A model generated the notes under the pieces. It saw only the letters and a program-made list of their open reading frames with translations, had not been told where the DNA came from and made no database searches. From Tubiluchus corallicola (lineage: Eukaryota; Animalia; Priapulida), in the NCBI GenBank assembly GCA_030141605.1, contig JAQGDQ010000203.1, positions 248,001 through 312,000 of the forward strand: 64,000 nt of DNA, read 5' to 3'. Position 1 is the first letter of the stretch; each line of letters begins with the position of its first letter. Below are positions 28,857 through 40,800 of this stretch, one piece after another. The translations under genes and the position numbers were made by a program.

Positions 28857-31800
28857 TCACACTTTGTCATCTGAAATGTAACAACAAATGTTTTACGTTT
28901 AATGCAAACTATGAAATGGCAAAGAAAATATTTGTCATTGATTAAGATATTTCATGCCATAGTAGATTTCAGGAATTAAAAGAAAATCAGCGTAATTAAA
29001 TATCAAATAGTGCTGTCGAAAGTTTGTTGGATACACCCAAGTTGAACACCAAATAATGGCACTTCAACATAAATAATTAACTATAGTAAAAGTTAATATA
29101 GTTACAAGTCATAATAGTACCAATTGCATACAAGATAATGATACATCAGCATACAATAATAGTCGGGATATTGATGAAAAACTTACCGTGGTACCACCAC
29201 CTAGTCTTCTTTGGATTTTTGTTGCATGTGCGTACATAAAATGTGTTATCAGGTGGTCGTTTCTGCAACAAATGAAGGATAAATTATGACATTTTACTCG
29301 CATTGGAGGATCTGACAAAGCTAAACCATATCTAGAAGTACCTGTTCAATTATTTTTTATATTCTTGCATTTTTCATCAGAAGACATTTTTACGAAAAGT
29401 CACATATAAGTCAAAAGCTTCATAATGTTGATCATTAACAAGGTTTACCCGCTAAGCAGATTCTCCCACCCCTGGCCCGTCAGAAGTGCCTTAGTCAAGT
29501 TTGAATCTACGAGATAAATAGCCAAACTCAGTATGGTGAATGAAACCCACTCAAAGTAAACGATGGCAGTTACACATCCATGAGTTGGCCAACCTTGGTG
29601 TTGCTTAACTTTTATTGCAAAGCACAGGCGCATGACCACTAGCCTATTTCCCTGAAATTTCACGTGTATTTTTCTCAATGTAGCTGACCAATGTATTTAC
29701 AACTTCATTTACTGATTACTAATTACTGATTTTTTTACAAACCTTTTCCTTGCAGCTGCTTAGCATACTGACTATACTTAAACAGATAGATTGTACAGAA
29801 AGCGCTGGTGACCAATCCTCTGTCAAGATGGATAGACAAATGTGGCCATTACTGTAGACATGTGGATGCACAGGAATGTGATTACCAGTGAAAACTACCT
29901 GTGGTAAAAATGCAGAAGTTCACTAAAATTCAGGAAAACGAAGACGTTTGTGGCTTCCTAGTTTGTCTACAAACAAAGAAACCCAGTGTTCCTGGTTTAA
30001 AAATCCTCCGAGGAATTTTCCAGCACAATTATAGAGCTTACAAATCAATTTCGTCCTACTAAGCACAAAAAGTAGTGCCCAGCAGCAGAAGAAAAACTTC
30101 TGGCACTCCAACCATTTAATGTTTTCATTTTTGTTTCGTGGGTGAAGACACAAATTGTGCATGTTTTTTGCGTCCCTGAGACCGACTTTCCCTTTTCAAC
30201 AAGAGGGGATAAAGATAAATGATTTTTTTCTAAAAATCACCCGGAGTTTGATTTGCAGTACTGACCAGAGTAACTTTTCTATGTATGAGTTGTGCATAAC
30301 ACGACAGTCCTAAAACATTCAGCTCCAGCATTAAAAATTGCAAAGATTATAAAAGACATAGAACACTGTCACAATAATACAATCGGCATTTAGAGAAACG
30401 CTACTGTTTCTCCCAAAATTTTCGATCTACTAAGCCACACGATACAATACACATGCCGGTAAGTAACAACATTTGCTTTTTTTCTAGATTGTATGTAGTA
30501 ATTAGGACAGCTACGATGATTTCTGACTAGGCAATTTTGCTGCATTTTGAAAACTTTTGTTAATGTCGGATTAGTAATTAATAATTAACAGTAACTGAAC
30601 TTTAGACGAATCTTGCACCCTTTCACCCTTACGCCCGGGGGCAATTGCTCCCTCTCGCCCCTACCTTGCTATGCCCCTGGCTACAGCAAAAGGTTGCAGG
30701 CAAAATTCCTTCACGCAAAATCAGGTGCAAATACACGACAATAAATCTCGCTTGATACAAAGAGCTACAAAGACCATTTAGTAATCTGCCGGGAAGCAAA
30801 AACATACATAATAATTATGCTGTTTTATATTATCAGTGAGTTTTTAGGACATAATAATGCAATATGTACTGCTTTAATGCTTAAAATTAAATAAGAAAGT
30901 TGTTGATGAAATAAAAATGGTTTTGAGCAAAGTAAAAAAAATTGTCGTTAAAACGAAACATGAGTTAAGTGAGAAAAAGTGTCAAATGTTCAGCATTGTT
31001 ACGTCACAAAAACAGGAGTTATTAAACGAGGTCTTACTGTATATGACTTTCAAAATTTAATTTACATAATACTTTATTTCATCTTTTGGATCTTAATGCT
31101 CTTTAAGAAGATGGAAGAAACTGTTTAAGGGAAATAAAGCTCTGGAGTAATTACCTCGGGTGAATCAAATGGATACCTATTACTAAATTTGAATAGTAGT
31201 TGAAAGCGTTCTCCCTCATACAGAGTACCTGTAGCACCTTCCATTTCTATTGTCCACCTATAATCATACATAAGTAACTATGTAAAATAATGAAGGCAGG
31301 GCCAACCATGCAAAATTTCATCTGCAGACCATACAACAAAATACCCTTGAATTTCTATTCCAAATCTTAACTTTATAGATACACAGATCCAGTTATGAAA
31401 AACCAGGTCAATAAAGTGCAATTCATAATAAGTTTACATATAGCCGTATTTATACTCATCAACATGCAATTACAAGTTAGATCCCAGATGAAACCTTTAC
31501 ACGGATATCTAGGTTTCTGCACACTTAATGCCCACACAACTATAAACTCGCAATGATTTGCACAAAACACTAAAAACTTTTCAGTGTAGAACATTTTTAC
31601 TAAAATAAAGTTTTGAAGACAATGTCAGTACATACGTGTGTAGACTGTGGTCTGCATTAACTTTTATCCCAGGAGGCGGATCTCGTACAAGTGTTGACAG
31701 CTCCTTCTGTAGTCGTTTCTGTTAAATTATTATTGTTATATTAGCTTAATATGTTACAACTGTTGTACGATATTACATTGGACACAATAATTCACGAATT

Positions 31801-34800
31801 CTTATTAAAAAAGTTTAGACGACAATGGTGGTTACAGCCTATACTAGTAAAATAGTGACCGTGACTAGTAGCTACTAACTATTTAAAAGCTTAATGCATT
31901 TGAAACAATATTTGATCATAATTTCGACAACTGTGACCTTCTATAACATTCTAATTTAAACAAGTACAGACAGCAATAAGCCTTTTATGCTATAAAGTGA
32001 TGCCAGGACTCTCTTAATTCTTTTTAGGCAGTTTCACGCTTTTAATAATTTAGACCACTTGTGCACCTACTAATGATTAATGATGACATACGGGCTCGTT
32101 TTTGTGCCTTGTAAATCCACTAATGGTCACCTGCCTGCAGATTGAGCCAAGTAAAACAAGGGTAGTAAAATATTCCCTTGGGTCAAATAAGGGACCAACT
32201 TGGAAACAAACATTTAGTTAGGAAAAATATGAGACTACTCGCTGGAGACATCATCTTTAATGATAAGAATAAAAAGTCCATGAGCTTTATTAGAATCAGA
32301 AGCAGATATTCTTTATTGCCAAAAGATTTTTTAAAAATCTGCTTTAAAAACTAATAAAGGGCATTCAACTTTTTATTCATGATAATAAACATTTAGATCC
32401 TTTAGGTAAATATTATCCCTGGTCTATACCCAAAACAAGCTTTTTACAGTAAGTTGCTAACCCAACCAAGTATACTTCAACTGTGGTTTCTTTACTGCCA
32501 CAGAGCTACTACTGGCTTTCAGTACTATCATGTTTACTCTCAAATAAGGATAAGTTCGACGAAAGACGCAAGATACTTGAATTTTCTGAAACTACCTTCT
32601 CACATGGTAATGGAAAAACCAGGGCTGTCTCTCTCTCCTAGTCAATGCAACTGTGCTTTTCCTGTGTTTCATTTGTTGTGCCTCTGCAACTTTAATACGT
32701 GATTGTATGCTTTTATGTGTGATGTTTTTATTTGTAAATAATATAAAGAAACCAAAAAATTGGTTTTAGAATCTTTATGTGTTTCCCCCTTTTTATTTCA
32801 AGTCTTGTGTCTTTTTATTGTATTAATTGTGGGATTTTTTAATAATCAGCAAGGTGTGCAACTGGCTAATAACCACTAAAAAGAATTTCAACTAATTAAA
32901 TAAATTCTTTCCTAGGATTAGGAAATTAGGTGTTTCACAAATCTAACTCAGCCAGCACATGCATGGATATCACTGACAAACTGTATGTCTGTTCTCCATC
33001 ACATAAATATGACAAACCAGTTATTAAAATTTAATGCAGAATTGAAAATATTACGGTTAACCTGTTTTTTACTCAAATACAGCCAAAGTTATACAACACA
33101 CTTACATAAACTAACACTAGCTCAACAGTACCATATCAAGGCCTTGCTCAAACGAATATCAAGTACCTGGCATAAAAGAGTTTTTCAACAACCATGAACA
33201 ACAGCAAGTACATTTGTACATGAGTACATCTATGGAATATTTGGCAAAATCCATATGGGCTGACAAAATCCTTACTTCAAAAGTTGAAAGAGTGCTAGCA
33301 TACAAAAGATGTTTTTAGAGCACTCGGTGCTTGTTTAAAAGACTTGACATTGGGGGCATTAACAATACCACTGCTTAAACTGTTCCATTCCTGCACAACA
33401 CGGTAGGAGAAAAATGCTTGCTGATATGTGTGCATGAATGCTGAATATATAGTTTTTGCTAATGACATCAATGTAACTCTCTATGAGGATTCTCAAAGAA
33501 CTCACTCCGATCCAAATTTGTGGCCGGATTCACTATCTTGAACATGCAGACAATTGTGTCATGGCTCTAATCTAGGGTAGGAACTGATATCGTTGGCAAG
33601 ACGAAGACATCTTCTTTGGACTTTTTTATCTTCTCTTTAAAAGATACAGATTGCAGTGCCCTAATAACAACAGCATATTCCAACAAAGGACTAATCAAAA
33701 GGTTTGTATATAGGTACAGCAACTGACGGCTCAGGGCATACGACTCTCTAATGATACCAATTCTTTGTTTAGCAGTCTTACATGAGTAATATAATTGTTG
33801 CTACCATATGCAGAATATCAATTGGAAGGTGCTGCATAGGAAGAGCAAGAAAGATGGTGGAATGCTTTTGCCCCCTAGTAAGGCCTACAAAAAGGTTAAG
33901 AAGATGCATTATGAGCATTTTGTGAATTCTTACAACATCATTGAATCATGACTAACACACATTAGGGAAACAAAGGCTGTTAAAGGGCAAGAAGAATTAA
34001 TGAATTTTGCAGATGACTCGAGAATGGCCCCAGAAATACTGAATCATTGACCAGTATTAACAAAATAGAAGAAATAAATAATCAGACAAATCTTTTGTGT
34101 ATATTAGAGAAACTCCCAATGTACCTTTAACCAAGACAGAAAACAGAAGCATATAAAATTAGAATAAGTCAAAAATGAAGTCCAACAGTTGACAATGTAG
34201 TGCATTTTGTTTAAGCTGCAGCTTTAGAAGCAACTGATCCAGTTTTCGGTAATTTAGGGTATGCCCAGACCAAGAAAGAAGGCCCCCAGATAGTGTTTAC
34301 ACGGGCAGCAAAAATTAGACTCTGGTACCCTTTTCCTTATACTCGTGGGGTACGCAATTGTTAAGATTCAGTAGCAGTGAAGAGATGGTCTTTATTCGTA
34401 CATAAGAACAACGACTGGCGCATTTCACCTAACCACAGCTGTTAGGCCTGTGTCACACAGAAAAAGCCACAAAAAGCAAGCCATAATCCGTAAGGTATAA
34501 AGCGTCTTCCATCTTCCGTAAGGTGCATGTCATAATTCGCAGTATGCGCCTTGCTTTGTATAACTATGCGGGAGACACAAAACTACTATATTTTAATATA
34601 ATAGGTACTATAGTTTAATAGTTAAAATAATTTTACTCATTACAGAATAACAGATTGTCAGTCGCATACGTTGTATATGCATAACATGATTGACTGGCAT
34701 GCTGCCTCCTGCATGTAGTATACATTTATTATATGTATTGTAGTAATATGGCAGTAGTAATTAAGTGCTGTGGGTTAAATATGCCTTTTAATGTTTATAG

Positions 34801-37800
34801 TACATCGATGTTATGAATTGTTTTATACGTAATTCTTATGAAATGAATTTTGCATAGAAAAGCTTAATTATGCAAATTTTCACATTAGTGATAAGCAAAA
34901 ATTCCTTATGGCAAATGAAATTAATGGCCAAAGGCTCAAAACGGCTTGCAAAGCTCCACTAGAGACCTTGATAACATAGTTGCCCAATTCTGGCAGGTGG
35001 AAGTGTGTGAAGATGAAACCACTATTCTGAAGAAGATATCAAGATGATTATATATATATACTAATACTAATCTGTAATAAAACATACAGAGAATGTACAG
35101 TAATAAAATGTTGTAGGAGGATTCAGTAATTCTACCTAAGGATAATCACTACCAATTGCCAACACTATTGACAATTGATAGTGATTATGCTTAGATAAAC
35201 CCAATACCATTCTGAAGCAAGTATCCTGAGCTCCCAAAAACTTACCTGTGCTCCCTGTGGCACAGTCTAGATTGCAGGGTCGTAAAAACAAGCTACAAAA
35301 TGACTGTGGAAATCTTAAATTTGCTAAATATGGCATATGCCGAGGAAATAAATGCCAAAAGTATTAATGGCAGCCCTAGAAAGATTTGGTATTAGCCTCA
35401 CTTTGCAGTTAGTAAAACAAACAAGCCAGATAAAAACAAGAATTGTGTTTAATTGTGCTGTTCAATTTGAAGGTACTACTCTCAACAGGAATGTTACGCA
35501 GGGCCCTGCTTCAGGAGTTGTGCTTAAATTTAGAAAAAACCAAATAGATTTCATGGCTGATCATGAATGCATGTTTCACCAAGCAAAGGTACTGCAGAGG
35601 ATAGTGATATACAAAGATTTTTATGATGGGAAAATGGTTGTTTAAACGCATAACCAAAAGTCTACAGAATGGCCGTACACACATTCTGTGGAATGTGGTG
35701 ACCAAGTGCAGCAGCTTTTGCACTCCAGAGTACTGCAAGGGATAACAGGCATTTGTATGATGAAAATGTATTGGAAGGCCATTAACTCCGATTTCCGATG
35801 ATCCCGAGGATGCAGAACCATTGAGGCCAAATCGTCTGCTTTTGGCTCACAATCACGCTTTGCTGCCACAAGGTATTTTTTGAGACTGATCGATACAAAC
35901 ACAAGTGACAACGCATTCAGCTCTTAGCGACAACAACAACAACAACAAAAAATAGACTATGCCAAAGAGAAATCTCAAAGTTAATGATGTGGTGCTTGTG
36001 AAGGAGATCAGATATCTGTAGCCACTGTGAAATATGTAACAAGCTCATGATGGCCTGAAGGAGTGAAGGATAGATTTTTGGAGCAACCCATACAGAAGCT
36101 TTGTCTTCTGAAGGGTGCTGACAAATTGCTTGTTGAACATGTTTGTCAAAATGCTCTGGTCAAGTTTGCATTAGAGAGGGGGAGTGTTGCTGCCATATGT
36201 AGAATAGGAAGTTGGAAAGTGCTGGCCTAGTTATGAATGGACTTTGTATTTGAAAGAGACCTTTACAATGGGTAGAATAATCTTCTTACACACTGCATAC
36301 CTTTCAATGTAACCATTTTGGGCTGTACTCTTGCCACTAGCATCTCTTCCTCTCACATTTCTATCTTCATCATCCTGCCTTCCCTTGCACATTTTTACTC
36401 AGCTTCACTGACAGACATTGCATCTCTTGCTCTGATGGCACATATAGCTGTTACAGCTGGGCTTTAAGCATTTGAAGCAAAGTCTTTTCTTTCTGGACAG
36501 CTCCAATCTGTCTTCTGGCTTCATGGCAGCCAAGTTTGCACATTCAGTTACGAAGTGTTCACCTATGCAGATGCTGCATGTACTAGGTCTCTTTGACTCA
36601 CCTGATATTTTGAATAAAAAATTTGTTAGGCAACTTGCTTTAGCATCTTTTCTCGCCGTGAGTTTCTGGCATCTGTTCTTTTTCGGTCTGTATATTCTAA
36701 ACTGATTTAGTAATCATTAAATTTCAGTGATCACATGGAAACCCGAGCCAAGATATCAGATCTTACCACCATAAGGCATCATGTGATTAAGTAAAAACAT
36801 AGAAGGTATCAATAGTGACTTGTATAATTCTGAGAAAAGCACACTCAACAGTTTCAGCTGAAGAAGCCCACTGGTCAGACTGAGACTCAATACTGTCGAG
36901 ATCTATTGTGGTCGTAAACATGTCAGAATCAAATTGTGATTTGATTTTAGCATATAATTTTAACAAAGCAGGGCTCCAATAGAAAGATGCATCCTTTATC
37001 TACACACTAATATAAAGAAAAGTTGAAACATACCTCCTATTCATAAAAAAATTACTGTTAGCGTCACGAGAACAGACTAAGACCGAGCGATTTCCTGAAA
37101 TGTTTTCATTTGGGAGTTAGCAGATAGCAATATTTTTATCTACTGCTGTGTGCCACAGCCTAGGTGTTTTGGATATAAGCACGTGGTGCCTCCTGGTGTT
37201 TGTTTTTCCTAGTTTAGACAGGTGAGCTAGGTCAGGAAATAGGCCATTGGCCTCATTTCACAGTTAGCATATGAAAGAAGTGAGTCACCGGTATGCGGCA
37301 AAGATGTAAGTTTCATTTCTTCACATTTCGTCATGTCATATTATTATTAATTATCATTATACCAGTTACTTAATGTTTTGACGTTGGTTTAGCAGAAAGA
37401 ATTTTTAATTTTTCTTCAGCTAAAACGAAGTCGAACGCATGTCGCGTACAGTTTTATATCTCAGTCTGTGTACCTAGAAGAGACGGCCATATTGCTTTCG
37501 AGAACAGAACACCTGGACAAGGGTAGTACAGCATGGCTTCCGGGCAAGGACGAGATTTGTTGAGACTAAATGAAGAACAGCTTCAGCAAAAAACCGTACA
37601 AGAGTTAAGAAAGTTGCTACGGGATAAGGGATTACAAGTCGCTGGAAGCAAAGCAGAATTAGTCCAACGAGTACTGGACAGCGAGATTACTGCAGAGGTA
37701 ACCACGCCTACTTCAAAGAGTGAGAGTGTTAAAACGGCTCGTGACCAATCAGGCGAGGTGGGAGTGATGCAAACGGACAACACCACGTCCAGCAGTGTGA

Positions 37801-40800
37801 AAACTTCTGCAACAAACTTAAGCAGGTTTGATTTGCATGCCTTGAAAATTAAAGAACAGAAACTAAAATTACAAGCCATGGAAATCAAACATTTGAGCCT
37901 GCAAAAGGCTAGTCAGGGTTCTGCTAGTTCAGATGTGGCTTCGCCTGTAGCCAAAGAAATATCAAGTGCAGAAAAGGTCAATGAGTGGATTGAAAAGTCA
38001 CACAAAGATGTCACAGAAGTCTCGTCACCTGAAGGGCTCATCAAACCCGAAGCTTACGTTACTATGGCTACCAATGATAAATACGCCATAGGTGCTCTAG
38101 TACTGGCTTCTTCGCTATGTAATGTTGGTATTACACTTAGTTTAGCGATATTAATTACAACTGGAATTTCTAAACCCATAATGACGCAGATAAGCGCCAC
38201 CTTTGATCACGTGGAGCTTGTGGAAGCTATTGACAGTTCACATGTAAAAAGTCTACAATTACTAGGACGGCCCGAATTAAAGGTGACTTTTACAAAACTG
38301 CATTGTTGGAGGCTAACTCAGTTCTCAAAATTTGATTTTTGGATTCTGATGTAATTGTCCTGCAAAACATAGATGATTTATTTAGCTGGAACGAACTGTC
38401 AGCAGTTGCAGATATTGGCTGGCCTGATTGTTTTAATAGCGGACTTTTCGTTTTTGAACCTAATCTTAGCACGTACAGTGAATTGAGGTCATTCGCTCAG
38501 TCAGATTCAAGCACATTCGACGGTGGAGAGCAAGGTCTACTAAACCAGTATTTTAAAGCCTGGAATACAGCTTTTGATAAACGATTGCCATACAGGTATA
38601 ATGTAGCAGTAAAGCAGTTTCGAGAAAGTGTCAAGGTTGCTCATTTCATGGGTCCTAGTAAGCCCTGGGACAGTATACGCAGCATTTATCACAAGCAAGT
38701 GGCGCCAGCTACAGGTAAAACAGACTTTGAATCTGAAATGTTAAATATTTGGTGGTCACTTTACATTCATGAGGTCGAACCAAACTGGCCTCATGAATTA
38801 GAACTAATAAATAAAGCTAATGTTCAGCAGCACATTCCTACCCGAACAAAACTCAGTCCTGATGCACCTGAATTTGCCACTCGCTTACATGACAGGAGCA
38901 GTGTTCATAGAAAATTATACACATGATGACGGGGCGAGATATACCAGGCTTTTACAATTTTGCACGGGCGAAGCAAAACGGGTTGTCGAAAGTTGCAGTT
39001 ATATGGACCCGCAGATCGCATACAGTCATGCTAAGCAAATGCTTATTGAACGTTTCGGGTCACCCTTTATTGTAACACAAGCGTGGTTGGCTAAAATAAA
39101 TGAGTTTGCAGTCATAAAAATAATGAAAAGGAAAAACTCAGGGAATTTTCTGACTTGATGATTGGTTGTGTAGAGACATTAAAGGCCATGGACAATTTAG
39201 CCGAAATAAATACACAAACAAGTTTGCTTCAAGTCATTAAGAAACTCCCATTCCGTTTGCAAGACAAATGGAGAGACGTTGTTACCAAGTTAAATAAACA
39301 TGATGGCAGAAATCCTACAATTTACGACGTGGTGGGATTTGTCAAAGAGGCGACTGAAAAAATAAACCATCCCGTGTTTGGTGACCTTGCAACCGGTGGT
39401 CAAATGAACATTACAAAACGCAAGAATAAATTAGCAACTAGGAATTTCGCATGCACTACCTTTCGAACAAGAAGTTCATCCAGAGAAGAAAAATCGAGTC
39501 AAACAGGCGGAACGCCAAAGGATAGAAAATTAAGCAGTAGAGATGTCAGAAAATGTGTTCTGCAACTCAGCCGAGCATGTTTCTCTAAAAAACTGTGAAC
39601 AGTTTAAAGACAAGTCGGAAGAAGAGAGACTACAGTTTGCTCGGAAAAGTCGCTTATGTTTTAACTGCTTACAGAAAGGGAACCAAAGAGCTGGAAGCTG
39701 TTACAAACCAGGCTGTACAAGACAGGGATGCAGAAGAAAACATTCTGCTCTGCTTCATGACGCTCTGGAGAAGTGGGCTCCTTCCAATGGCGAGAGGTCA
39801 ACAAATGTTGAAGCAACAAGTTGCGCTGTCACTACAACCAAACTGTCAACAAGGGCTGTGCTCCCCATCACTCCTGTAAAGGTACAGGTGCAAGGCGGAC
39901 GTCCAATTCAGACAATGGCTTTGTTGGACCCAGGATCAACTAATACGTTCTGTTCCAAGGCCATATATGATGAGCTGGGAGCTGTTGGCAAGAAACAAGT
40001 CGTGTCACTGACTACAATTGAAAAGAAGCATTCAAAAATACATACTTCTGTGACCAAGATGTACGTCAGTAAGTTGGATGGATCAAACAAAATGAAACTT
40101 CCCTTTGTCTTTGTCAGGCCATCTTTGATGTTGGATGTGACTGACTATTTGGTAGACGAACAAGACATTAGTAACTGGCCTCATCTCAAAGATGTTCCTT
40201 TGACGCTAGCTGATTCACGTGAACTGCAGCTCGGGTTAATTATAGGACAAGACGTCTCTGATGCATTAATGCCTTTAGAAACACGCTGTGGGCCAAGAGG
40301 AGTTCCGTATGCAACAAGGACTAGACTTGGATGGACATTAAATGGCCTGATAGGAGGCGGCAATGAGGACACTAAAAAGCTGTCAAACAACCTTCTTCAG
40401 GCAGAACAGGTTACCAGCCAGCGACAAGTCGAAAAATTTTGGAAAATGGACGCTGTTGACGATAGCATACAGTACTCCCATGACGATAAGTTGGCGCTGA
40501 GCATTTGGGAGAAGTCCATCACCAAAAGAAATGGTCACTACGAATTGGAGATACCTTTTAAGTCTAATGATGACAACATTCCTGACAGTTTTCAAATGGC
40601 TTCAAAGAGGTTGGCAAGCCTTCGCTGTAGACTCAGCAAGAATAAGTTGTTGCATGAAAAATACTCCCAAGCCATGGCTGATCTGCTCCAAAAGGGATAC
40701 GCAGAAGAAGTTGTTGAACATGATACGAATGTTGCAACATGGTACTTGTCACATTTTCCAGTTTTTAATGAGAACAAACCCGAAAAAACTAGGATCGTAT

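Noticed and set aside
38325-38345. Programmed -1 frameshift within the glycogenin domain
   Set aside because: No X-XXY-YYZ slippery heptamer in the right frame; a single-base loss in K-F-V-F-L-D explains it, and the copy has several other indels.
38049-38782. A host glycogenin gene or later processed-pseudogene insertion
   Set aside because: No own start codon, UTRs, polyA tail or flanking TSD seen; trimmed to the catalytic domain and in frame with Gag between matching LTRs.
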